DNA from: Solirubrobacteraceae bacterium
Lineage (GTDB): Bacteria > Actinomycetota > Thermoleophilia > Solirubrobacterales > Solirubrobacteraceae
Assembly: GCA_036513335.1 (NCBI GenBank)
Contig: DATBZG010000080.1
Span: forward strand, 7,336-71,335
Direction: 5' to 3'
Length of the DNA: 64,000 nucleotides
Shown here: piece by piece, positions 23,267-31,903 of the stretch
Layout of the letters: every line of letters begins with the position of its first letter
Numbering within the stretch: the stretch's first letter is position 1
The notes under the pieces: model-generated
Seen by the model: only the letters and a program-made list of their open reading frames with translations
What the model was told of the DNA's origin: nothing
The model's database searches: none
Position numbers and translations under genes: made by a program

Positions 23267-25645
23267 ATGTCCACAGTCGCGACCGCGGTCGGTTCTCGTG
23301 CGCCAATGCCCGGTGGTCGGCGCGTGGTTTGGGTCGTTTTCGGGTTGATCGGGCTTCTGCTGGCGGCCTATTGCGGGTTCCTGATCGACCAGCCCAACCA
23401 CCAATACTCGACCTGGCTTGACGGCTGGAGCGTCGACGCCGTCGAGCTGATCGCTGGAGGCCTGTGCGTCGCCCAGGGCTTCATGCGCACCCGCGGGCGC
23501 GCCGTGCCGCTGGTGCTGGGCGCCTCGCTGTTGGCGTGGGCGCTCGGCGACGTGGTGCTGACGATCGAGTCCTTCAATGGCGCCACGCCTGCGACCCCGT
23601 CGCTGGCCGACGCCTTCTACCTCACCTTCTTCCCGCTCGCGTATGTGGCAGTGGTGCTGTTCATGCGCGGAGAGGTTCGCCGCATCAACAGCCCCAGCTG
23701 GCTCGACAGCGCCGTTGCCGGGTTGGGTGCGGCGTCGGTATGCGCAGCTTTCGCGTTCAAAAGCGTCGTCTCGGCGACCGGCGGCAGCGGCCTGGAAGTC
23801 GCGACGAACCTCGCCTACCCGGTCGGTGACCTGCTGCTGCTGATCCTGGTCGTGGGAAGCACGGCGATGCTCTCCGGGCGCAAAAAGACGCCCTGGGTGT
23901 TGCTGGCTTCGGGTATGGCGCTGAACGTCGTCGGCGACACCTTCAACCTGCTGGGCTCCTCCTCGGGCGTCGCGCACGTGGGCGCGGTCGTGAACGGCGT
24001 CGCCTGGCCGGTCTCGATCCTGGTGATGTCGATGGCGATGTGGGTGCCGAGCGGCCATGCCAACCCCTTCTCGCTGCCCAAGCCCCCCGGCTTCCTGCTG
24101 CCGGGCCTCGCGGCACTGGCGGGACTGATCGTGCTTGTGGTGGGTGCGCTCGACCACGACCAGGCCAACAGCGTGTCGGTGGGTCTCGCGACGGCGACGC
24201 TGGCGGTGGTCGGCGTGCGCCTGGCGATGTCGGTGCGCAGCCTGCGCACGCTCACCCACCGCCACGAGCACCATTCGCTGACCGATTACCTGACGGGCCT
24301 GGGTAACCGGCGTTATCTGTTTCACATCCTGAACGCGTTCTTCGCGGAGGCCGAGAGCTCGACGGCACAGGGGCGCCTGGCGTTCCTGTTCATCGACCTG
24401 AACCGCTTCAAGGAGATCAACGACTCCTTCGGCCACGGCGCGGGGGACGAAGTCCTGCGCCACATGGGTGAGCGCCTGAGCGGCGCACTGCGCCCGAGCG
24501 ACGCGCTCGTGCGCCTCGGCGGCGACGAGTTCGCGGCGGTGCTGCTGGAGGCGGATGCGCAGACGGCGGAGGCGATCGCCGCCCGCCTGTCGCAGAGCCT
24601 GAAGGACCCGTTCGCCCTGGATACGGTGAGCGTGAAGGTCGATGCGAGCATCGGCATCGCGCTGGCGCCGGAGCACGCGACCGGCACCCGGGCGCTTGTC
24701 TCGTGCGCTGATCTGGCGATGTACAAGGCCAAGTCCAGCGGCGCGCCGTTCGCCATGTATGAGGAGTCCCTCGCCGACGGCGGCGACCTGCTGCGCCTGG
24801 CAGAGGAGCTGAGCGAGGCGCTGGAGCAGGGCAATCTGCGCCTGCACTACCAGCCGCAGCTGAACCTGCGTACGGGCGAGGCGCTGGCCAGCGAGGTGCT
24901 GATTCGCTGGGAACACCCGACGCTCGGGTCGATCCCGCCGCTTAAGTTCCTGCCGCTGGCAGAGCAGGCGGGGCTGATGGGCAGCCTCACGAACTGGGTG
25001 CTGGAAGAGGCGCTTGCGCAGTGCGCCAAGTGGCGTACGGAGGGCAGCCAGCAGGCGGTGTCTGTGAACGTGTCACCGTCGAACCTGCTGGAACCGGGCT
25101 TCACAGAGATGGTCAAAGACCAGCTGGCGCTGAACTCCCTGCCGGCGGCGGCGCTCGTGCTGGAGATCACCGAGACGAGCATCATCACGGATTTCGAGCG
25201 CGCGAAGGTGGTGATCGACGAGCTCTCGGAGTTCGGCGTGGTCGTCTCGGTGGATGACTTCGGCACGGGCTTCACCTCGCTTGCCTACCTGAGCAGCCTG
25301 GCTGTGCGCGAGCTGAAGCTGGACCAGACGTTCACCACTCACGTGGCGCACCGCGACAAGCAGCTGGTGCGCTCCACAATCGAGCTGGGGCACGCGCTCG
25401 GGCTTCGCGTGGTGGCAGAGGGCGTCGAGGACGCGGAGACGCTGGCGCTCTTGACAGAGCTCGGCTGCGACGTCGGCCAGGGCTTCTTCATCGGCGTTCC
25501 CGAGCCCCCGCTGGCGCCGCCGTCGAGCGATCTCGCGACCGCGACTCCGAATGTGAGAACCCCCGCGCCCGTGGATGAGCGCCTCGATCCCACGCGCTCG
25601 GTGGGGCTCCTCGCAACACCGCGTAAGCGCACGATCAAAGCCTGA
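23267..25645 (+). CDS. membrane sensor GGDEF-EAL protein, paralogue of the N-terminal three-quarters of 18302..21946
   Basis: RPSD I-site plus RLGGDEFAAVL. The EAL motif is present as EVL (24893-24901), followed by DDFGTGFTS. The membrane domain aligns by eye with that of 18302 (WLD..AGLG, LAYP.GDLLL). The start is ATG 23267; the ORF begins at 23186. Confidence 0.85.
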   Translation: MSTVATAVGSRAPMPGGRRVVWVVFGLIGLLLAAYCGFLIDQPNHQYSTWLDGWSVDAVELIAGGLCVAQGFMRTRGRAVPLVLGASLLAWALGDVVLTIESFNGATPATPSLADAFYLTFFPLAYVAVVLFMRGEVRRINSPSWLDSAVAGLGAASVCAAFAFKSVVSATGGSGLEVATNLAYPVGDLLLLILVVGSTAMLSGRKKTPWVLLASGMALNVVGDTFNLLGSSSGVAHVGAVVNGVAWPVSILVMSMAMWVPSGHANPFSLPKPPGFLLPGLAALAGLIVLVVGALDHDQANSVSVGLATATLAVVGVRLAMSVRSLRTLTHRHEHHSLTDYLTGLGNRRYLFHILNAFFAEAESSTAQGRLAFLFIDLNRFKEINDSFGHGAGDEVLRHMGERLSGALRPSDALVRLGGDEFAAVLLEADAQTAEAIAARLSQSLKDPFALDTVSVKVDASIGIALAPEHATGTRALVSCADLAMYKAKSSGAPFAMYEESLADGGDLLRLAEELSEALEQGNLRLHYQPQLNLRTGEALASEVLIRWEHPTLGSIPPLKFLPLAEQAGLMGSLTNWVLEEALAQCAKWRTEGSQQAVSVNVSPSNLLEPGFTEMVKDQLALNSLPAAALVLEITETSIITDFERAKVVIDELSEFGVVVSVDDFGTGFTSLAYLSSLAVRELKLDQTFTTHVAHRDKQLVRSTIELGHALGLRVVAEGVEDAETLALLTELGCDVGQGFFIGVPEPPLAPPSSDLATATPNVRTPAPVDERLDPTRSVGLLATPRKRTIKA

Positions 25646-25689
25646 CGTTGGCGGCCGGCTGCCGGCCCGTAGTATCCGGGCGGTGAGCG

Positions 25690-26925
25690 GTGAGCGGTGA
25701 GCGAGAACTCGACGTGGTCCTGTTCGGCGCCACCAGCTTCGTCGGGCGCCTGACCGCTGAATATCTCGCCCGCGCGGCGCCGCCGCAGACGCGCATCGGC
25801 TTGGCGGGCCGCTCGCAGCAGCGTCTGCAGGATTTGCAGGCGTCGATCGGCGAGCCCGCCACGCACTGGCCGCTGTTCGTCGCCGACTCAGGCGATGCGC
25901 AGGCGCTCGAGAAGCTCGCGCTGAGCACGCGTGTTCTGGCCACCACCGTCGGCCCCTACCGCCGATACGGGCTGGAGGTAGCCGGCGCGTGCGCGAGCGC
26001 CGGCACGCACTACGCGGACCTCACGGGGGAGGTGCTGTTCATGCGCGAGACGATCGACCGCTTCGACGCGATCGCCAAGGAGAGCGGCGCGCGGATCGTG
26101 CACAGCTGCGGCTTTGACTCGATCCCCTCGGACCTGGGCGTGCTGGCACTGCACGAGGCGGCGGCGGCGGACGGCACGGGCGAGCTGGAGGACACCACGC
26201 TGGTCGTGCGTGCGATGAAGGGCGGCGCGAGCGGCGGCACGGTCGCATCGCTGAAGGACACGATCGACGACGCCCGCGGCGACCGCCGGCTGGCGCGGAC
26301 GCTGCTGGACCCCTACGCGCTCAGCCCGGACCGCGAGGCCGAGCCGAGCCTCGGCGCGGAGGGCGACATGCGCACGATCTCCAATGACCGAACCCTCGGG
26401 ATGTGGATCGCCCCATTCATCATGGGCACGATCAACACGCGCGTGGTGCGCCGCAGCAACGCGCTTCAGGACTGGGCGTACGGACGGCGCTTTCGCTATC
26501 GCGAGGTGATGGGCTTCGGCTCGGGCCCACTGGCCGCCGCACGGGCTGGTGCGGTCGCGGGCGGCGTCCTCGCGCTCGCGGCGGGCCTTGCCATCCCGCC
26601 CTCGCGCATGGTTCTGGACCGAGCTCTGCCCTCCCCCGGCGAGGGTCCCAGCGAGAGCCAACGCCGCAGCGGCTTCTTCCGCATCGAGCTCCACACGCGC
26701 ACCTCCAGCGGCGCGCGCTACCTGTGTCGCGTGGCCCAGCAGGGCGACCCTGGCTATCTGGCGACATCGGTGATGTTCGGCGAGAGCAGCCTGTGCCTGG
26801 CGCACGACGGTGAGAGCCTGCCGGCGCGTGCGGGGGTGCTGACGCCGGCCACGGCGATGGGCGACGCGCTGATCGAGCGCCTGCGCGCGGCGGGGCAGAC
26901 GCTCGAGGTCGAGCGGGTCTCCTGA
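25690..26925 (+). CDS. saccharopine dehydrogenase-like NAD(P)-binding oxidoreductase (enoyl-reductase-like)
   Basis: Rossmann motif VVLFGATSFVGRLTAEYL with the family-typical HSCGFDSIPSDLG. The start is GTG. Confidence 0.8.
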   Translation: MSGERELDVVLFGATSFVGRLTAEYLARAAPPQTRIGLAGRSQQRLQDLQASIGEPATHWPLFVADSGDAQALEKLALSTRVLATTVGPYRRYGLEVAGACASAGTHYADLTGEVLFMRETIDRFDAIAKESGARIVHSCGFDSIPSDLGVLALHEAAAADGTGELEDTTLVVRAMKGGASGGTVASLKDTIDDARGDRRLARTLLDPYALSPDREAEPSLGAEGDMRTISNDRTLGMWIAPFIMGTINTRVVRRSNALQDWAYGRRFRYREVMGFGSGPLAAARAGAVAGGVLALAAGLAIPPSRMVLDRALPSPGEGPSESQRRSGFFRIELHTRTSSGARYLCRVAQQGDPGYLATSVMFGESSLCLAHDGESLPARAGVLTPATAMGDALIERLRAAGQTLEVERVS

Positions 26926-27824
26926 TGAGCGAGGGCCTCGTGAAGGTGAACGGCATCGAGCTGAACGTCCTCGACAAAGGCGAGGGCCCACTGGTCGTTC
27001 TCTGCCACGGCTTCCCCGAGCTGGCGTTCTCATGGCGCAGACAGATCCCAGCCCTCGTCCAGGCGGGCTACCGCGTGCTCGCCCCCGACATGCGCGGCTA
27101 TGGCGCGAGCTCGGCGCCGGCGGCGATCGAGGACTACGACATCGTCTCGCTGTGCGGCGACATGAGCGGTCTGCTGGACGCTTTGGACGAGCCCTCGGCG
27201 GTGTTCGTGGGGCACGACTGGGGCGCGAACGTCGTCTGGCAGATGGCGGTCCTTCACCCTGAGCGCGTGCGTGCGGTGGCAGGCTTGAGCGTGCCCTTCA
27301 CTCCCCGCGCGCCTGCGCATCCGCTGCCGATCATGCGCCGCCACCTGGGCGAGGACTTCTACATCATCCGCTTCCAGGAGCCGGGCGTGGCCGAGGCAGC
27401 GCTATCGCGTGATGTGCGACGCACGTTCCTGCGCATGTTCGGACCACCGGCGCCGCTCGACCTCGAGGGACGGATGAGCCAGGGTGCGACCGAGCGCCCT
27501 GAGTGGATCACCGAGGATGAGCTGTCGGTGTACGTGGAGACGTTCACGCGCACGGGCTTCGCCGGCGGACTGAACTGGTATCGCAACATCGACCGCAACT
27601 GGGAGCTCACCGAGCCGGTGGGCGAGCGCCGTGTCGAGCAGCCGTCGCTGTTCCTCACGGGCGAGGTGGACGTCGTGCGCCAGTTCATGCCGGCGCAGGT
27701 GATGGACGGCTGGGTCACGGACATGCGTGCGAGCGTGGTCGTGCCCGATGCTGGTCACTGGGTACAGCAGGAGCAGCCTGATGCGGTGAACGCGGCACTG
27801 CTGAGCTTTCTGGGCGAAGTGTGA
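26925..27824 (+). CDS. alpha/beta hydrolase, epoxide-hydrolase type
   Basis: The ATG overlaps the upstream stop (ATGA). HGFPELAFSWRRQ (HGXP oxyanion motif) and GHDWGA (Asp nucleophile). Confidence 0.85.
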   Translation: MSEGLVKVNGIELNVLDKGEGPLVVLCHGFPELAFSWRRQIPALVQAGYRVLAPDMRGYGASSAPAAIEDYDIVSLCGDMSGLLDALDEPSAVFVGHDWGANVVWQMAVLHPERVRAVAGLSVPFTPRAPAHPLPIMRRHLGEDFYIIRFQEPGVAEAALSRDVRRTFLRMFGPPAPLDLEGRMSQGATERPEWITEDELSVYVETFTRTGFAGGLNWYRNIDRNWELTEPVGERRVEQPSLFLTGEVDVVRQFMPAQVMDGWVTDMRASVVVPDAGHWVQQEQPDAVNAALLSFLGEV

Positions 27825-27866
27825 GAGCGTAAGCTCCGCCGCTCACCGCGAACCCAGGAGCGCCAC

Positions 27867-28145
27867 ATGGCTGATGCCCCCACGCTGTTTGTCTGTCATG
27901 GCGATGAAGGCGGACCGAAGATGCACCCCTGTCGCCGCGCCCAGGAGGCGCTGCACGCGGCGGGCATCGACTACGAGAAGGTGATCGCCGCGCATGGCTC
28001 TCCGATCCCCTTCCTGCGCAAAGGCTCGCGCGAGGAGCTCGAGAAGGCGACCGGCGAGAAGAAGCTCCCGGCGATGAAACTCGCAGACGGGACTGTCCTC
28101 ACCCACTCAGGCGCGATCCTCGCTTGGGTCGCAGAGCAGGGGTAG
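27867..28145 (+). CDS. glutaredoxin/GST-N-terminal-like thioredoxin-fold protein
   Basis: 92 aa with LFVCHGDEGGPKMHPCRRAQEALHAAGIDYEKV and KLPAMKLADGTVL, the pattern of a small thioredoxin fold. Confidence 0.6.
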   Translation: MADAPTLFVCHGDEGGPKMHPCRRAQEALHAAGIDYEKVIAAHGSPIPFLRKGSREELEKATGEKKLPAMKLADGTVLTHSGAILAWVAEQG

Positions 28146-28186
28146 GACGTAGCGTCGGCCAGACCACGCGGCTCGCCGGCGGCAAC

Positions 28187-29188
28187 TCAGACCACCCCCA
28201 CCCCCTGCGCTCCTACCCGCGGCCCCTGCACGACAGACGGCTCCTCGGACTCGGCGCTGTGGCTCGCGGCCACGAACTGCCGCACCGGGAACAGCGCGAG
28301 CGCAAGCAGTACGAACAGCGGCCCGGCGTTGAAGTCGGTCGCGCCTTCGCTCCAGAACGGCCCGCCGAGATCCTGCCCGTAGAGCCAGTAGGCGAGCGAC
28401 AGCACGATCCCGATTGCCAGCGCCGGCCAGCGAAGCGGCGTCCAGACGCCAATTGCGACAGCCAAGGAGACGACCGCCAGCACGACCGCGATCGTCGTCC
28501 CGTGGCCGACCGTGTGCCTGGCGAGGGAGTCCTGGACGCTGGCCAGCCAGTGCGGCGAGGCTCCGGCCATTTCGACGATCATCCCGTGCGTCGCTTCCTT
28601 TGCGCGGTTGACGTTCGCCAGCCACAGCCCCGCGGAGAGCACCCACAGGCCCGACCAGAACCACAGCCCGCCGCTGTCGCCGAGCGGGCCGAGCGCGGAG
28701 GGCGAGCGCCCCTCGCGCTTGTCTGTCGGCCATACGAGCAGGCCGATGATCGCGTAGATGATCACCGCTCCGGGAGCGCCCATCAACGGCGAGGGCATCG
28801 TGTTCGAGGTCAGCCCGCCGAAGCCCTCGCCGAACCACCACACGTAGATCGCCCAGGCGAAGGACACCGTCAGCGCCGGCTTGACGAGCCTCTTGCTGGA
28901 CATCAGCGCGAGGCCCACCGCGATCTGGATCTCGCCGGACAGCGAGTTCCACAGCGTGAGGTCGCGACCGTAGAAGTCATCCAGCGTGCGCATCGGGTCG
29001 CCGACGATCGCCGGCTGCCCGTGCATCGCCGGTTCGAAGACTTCCGTGACGATGTTGTGCGTGAACATGAAGCTCTTGAACTGGAACAGCCCGTCGAGCA
29101 ACCACACCAATCCAAGTGCGATCTGGATCCCGCGTGCCGTGACGAGCGGGCCGCGGATCTTGCGTTCTGCTTCCACGACGGCGCTCAT
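28187..29188 (-). CDS. polytopic membrane protein of unknown function
   Basis: 333 aa with about 7 hydrophobic segments. ATG 29188 overlaps the stop of the upstream gene (ATGA), so the two are co-translated. Confidence 0.7.
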   Translation of the reverse strand: MSAVVEAERKIRGPLVTARGIQIALGLVWLLDGLFQFKSFMFTHNIVTEVFEPAMHGQPAIVGDPMRTLDDFYGRDLTLWNSLSGEIQIAVGLALMSSKRLVKPALTVSFAWAIYVWWFGEGFGGLTSNTMPSPLMGAPGAVIIYAIIGLLVWPTDKREGRSPSALGPLGDSGGLWFWSGLWVLSAGLWLANVNRAKEATHGMIVEMAGASPHWLASVQDSLARHTVGHGTTIAVVLAVVSLAVAIGVWTPLRWPALAIGIVLSLAYWLYGQDLGGPFWSEGATDFNAGPLFVLLALALFPVRQFVAASHSAESEEPSVVQGPRVGAQGVGVV

Positions 29189-30000
29189 GACAGCACCAGC
29201 TGCATCGCGGCGAACATGTAGGCCATGCCTAGCGTCATCGCAGCCATCGACGCGCGCAGGTCCTTGAAGCAGATCAAAGGCTCAGCGACGCTCGCTGCAA
29301 GCGCACCGTCGGGCGTCACCGAAACACCGCCGCCGAAGATCGTGTGCTCGTCGAAGTTGCGCATCCGATCGGTGGCCCACAGCACCGCCTGCGCGGCGAA
29401 GTAAGCGACCAGTAGCCACGTGATCGGCGCCTGGAAGCCGCTCGGCGACCACATGTATGCCATCGCGCCGAGATCGAACGCCATCACCAGCCACAGCATG
29501 TTCGCCCCACGTCCTGCGAACGCCTGCACAAGCAGCCACAGCAGGATCGCGACGGCTGCGTTCGCAAAGGCCAGCGACCAGAAGCCGGTGGGGATGTTGA
29601 GCGAGTCGATCGACGCGGGCGCGTACATGAACGCCATGCCGATCGCCATGAACACATGCCCCGAGTGCCACCAGCGGCGCTGACCCTCGCTCTGCAGCAC
29701 GTGACGGGCGTGCACGGCGATGATCACGAAGAACACCAGCGTCCAGAGCACCGCCAGCCAGCTGGGCAGGATGTTCGTCGAGCCACCGCCCGCGCTCATC
29801 GACATCGAGCCCATCGACATCAAGTGCATCGCGGCGGTGTGGCTGGACCCCGTGTGGGCCATGGACGAGCCGCTGCCCCCCATGCTCATGCCACCGCCGG
29901 CTTCCGCGGCGGCGCTGCCGGCAAGCACCAGCGCGCTGGCGAGCAGCCCGCCCGCCAGCGTGAACGCTCGCCTGCCGCAGCGATTGAGTGTTGAAACCAT
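29185..30000 (-). CDS. polytopic membrane protein with signal-anchor and Met/His-rich exoplasmic segment (DUF5134-like; family recalled from memory)
   Basis: ATG 30000 is preceded by GGAGGAAG. MSMGGSGSSMAHTGSSHTAAMHLMSMGSMSMS (29797-29889) is followed by about 6 TM helices that include HSGHVFMAIGMAFMYAP. The ORF extension up to 30636 is Arg/Ala-rich and judged non-coding. Confidence 0.75.
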   Translation of the reverse strand: MVSTLNRCGRRAFTLAGGLLASALVLAGSAAAEAGGGMSMGGSGSSMAHTGSSHTAAMHLMSMGSMSMSAGGGSTNILPSWLAVLWTLVFFVIIAVHARHVLQSEGQRRWWHSGHVFMAIGMAFMYAPASIDSLNIPTGFWSLAFANAAVAILLWLLVQAFAGRGANMLWLVMAFDLGAMAYMWSPSGFQAPITWLLVAYFAAQAVLWATDRMRNFDEHTIFGGGVSVTPDGALAASVAEPLICFKDLRASMAAMTLGMAYMFAAMQLVLS

Positions 30001-30173
30001 CGACTTCCTCCGTTGGCTGTGTGCGTCCGCGGTGAGTCCGCGGACACGAGGTGGGCGCCCCGGCGGGGCGCTGGCCTGTATTCGGGCGCTGCCTCGGCTG
30101 CGTAACGTGTGCCGCGACGCGCCCCGCTCAGCTGTCCAGCCACGCGCGCGACTGACGCCGCCGAGCGAGGCCG

Positions 30174-30500
30174 TCAGACGAGGGCGGGACCCGGAGGCGC
30201 CCGGCCCGAGCCGGGTACAGCGAGCGGTGCGAGGCGAGTGCCAAGCAACCGCGGCGCGCGGGGAAGGACGTGCGCGCGCGGGGGGCGCAATCCGGTCGGC
30301 CGCCGCGACAGCCGATGAATCACGCGCTCGCCCACATAGCGCTTGAAGAGCAGTGGCAACGCCAGCAACAGGGCAGGCGCAAGAATCAGCGCCACGCGCA
30401 TGCCTTCCACGCCGACGAGGGCGACCGCGACGAGCGCGATCACAAGCAGACTCAATGCGAGGCGCAGACGTGCACCTTGAGCAGGCATGAGCGGCAACAT
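30174..30500 (-). CDS. possible small two-TM membrane protein
   Basis: ATG 30500 lies 9 nt after GGAGG. The translation is MLPLMPAQGARLRLALSLLVIALVAVALVGVEGMRVALILAPALLLALPLLF followed by a basic, Pro-rich tail. No family recognised. Confidence 0.35.
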   Translation of the reverse strand: MLPLMPAQGARLRLALSLLVIALVAVALVGVEGMRVALILAPALLLALPLLFKRYVGERVIHRLSRRPTGLRPPRAHVLPRAPRLLGTRLAPLAVPGSGRAPPGPALV

Positions 30501-30625
30501 ACACCCGCGCCTCCGGCAAGTCCAGAACGCTCTGAACGCCGCGCCGAGCAACACCACAGAACTGTGGCGCTGGGGTAGTCTCTGCGGAGGAGAGGGGTAG
30601 GCAGCGCTCAACCTGGAGGCCAGAT

Positions 30626-31879
30626 ATGAGCAGCACGAGCCAGGATCAGCAGTCACTCGAGCAGTTGCGCGTCGGCGACCGGGAGCAGTTCCTGGAGGGG
30701 CCGCCGCACGAGCTCTTCCGCAGGCTGCGCTCGGAGTGTCCGGTGCACTGGTCAGACGGGATCACCGAGTACCCGGACGAGGACGGCTTCTGGTCGGTCA
30801 CGAAGGCAGATGACGTCCACGAGGTGAGCCGCGACTGGCAGACCTTCTCCTCGGAACTCGGTGGCTTCACCGCCACCAAGAACGCCGGCCTGTCGCTGGA
30901 GATGCAGCAGGCGATGTTCATCGGCATGGACCCGCCCAAGCACGACCGCTTGAAGTCTCTCTTCCAGCGCGGCTTCACGCCAAAGCGGATCGCCGAGCAC
31001 GAGGATGAGATCCGCGCGATCACGGTCGGCGTGCTCGAGCGGTTGCAGGGGCCGCCCGCCCGCAAGACGTGCGATCTGGTCAACGACGTGGCGCAGCCGG
31101 TGGTGGCGCGCGTGATCGGCAGCTTCATGGGCCTGGATGCCGAGGACGACGCGGCGTGGGCGCGACTGATGAACACGATCGTCGGCGCCGGGGACCCCGA
31201 CAACACGCCCGATGGCGCGGACAGCGTCATGGAAAACGAGGTCCCGGAAGTGTTCGCGCGCTGTGGGCGCCTGATCGCCGAACGGCGCGAGACGCCGACG
31301 GACGATCTCACGAGCGTGCTCGTGCACGCTGAGCTCGACGGCGAGCGCCTGGAGGACCATGAGATCGTGATGGGCTTCCTGCTGCTGATGGCTGCGGGCA
31401 ACGACAGCACGAAGGCGACCTACTGCAGCGGCATGCGCGCGCTGATGGAAGATCGCCGGCAGCTGCGGATGGTCGCGGAGGATCCCTCACTCGTCCCGGG
31501 GGTGGTGGAGGAGTCGCTGCGCATGTTCCCCGCGTTCGCCCACTTCGCCCGCACAGCCACCCGCGACACGGAGCTCGGCGGCCAGAAGATCAGCGAGGGC
31601 GAGAAGCTGGTCATGTGGTACCCGTCGGCGAACCGCGACGAGGCCTGTTTCGAGGACCCGGACCGCTTCGACGTCACGCGCAATGCCGAGCATCAGGCGT
31701 TTGGAGCCGGCGGCCGCCACTTCTGCCTGGGCACCGCGCTCGCGCGTTTGGAGCTGCGGATCCTGATCGAGGAGACGCTCGCGCGCTTCCCCGACATCGA
31801 GATCGCGGGCCCCCCCACGTACGTTGAGTCGGCGTTCGCCAACCAGCTGAAGACGTTGCCGGTTCGACTCTCCTCGTAG
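30626..31879 (+). CDS. cytochrome P450
   Basis: Heme-binding loop FGAGGRHFCLGTALARLE, I-helix LLLMAAGNDST and ExxR (EESLR). GGAGG lies upstream of the ATG. Confidence 0.95.
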   Translation: MSSTSQDQQSLEQLRVGDREQFLEGPPHELFRRLRSECPVHWSDGITEYPDEDGFWSVTKADDVHEVSRDWQTFSSELGGFTATKNAGLSLEMQQAMFIGMDPPKHDRLKSLFQRGFTPKRIAEHEDEIRAITVGVLERLQGPPARKTCDLVNDVAQPVVARVIGSFMGLDAEDDAAWARLMNTIVGAGDPDNTPDGADSVMENEVPEVFARCGRLIAERRETPTDDLTSVLVHAELDGERLEDHEIVMGFLLLMAAGNDSTKATYCSGMRALMEDRRQLRMVAEDPSLVPGVVEESLRMFPAFAHFARTATRDTELGGQKISEGEKLVMWYPSANRDEACFEDPDRFDVTRNAEHQAFGAGGRHFCLGTALARLELRILIEETLARFPDIEIAGPPTYVESAFANQLKTLPVRLSS

Positions 31880-31903
31880 TCTCCAGCAGCGACACTGCCC
31901 GGC

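Noticed and set aside
30001-30636. The N-terminal 212-codon extension of ORF 29185..30636.
   Set aside because: The translation is Arg/Ala/Ser-rich with no features. A strong GGAGGAAG SD plus ATG at 30000 gives a clean signal-anchor start. The extension would also overlap the P450 start region.
31855-31879. A tRNA T-loop-like string, GGTTCGACTCTCC.
   Set aside because: It lies in frame at the 3' end of the P450 CDS. No acceptor, D or anticodon arms can be drawn around it. I found no other tRNA-like or rRNA-like sequence.
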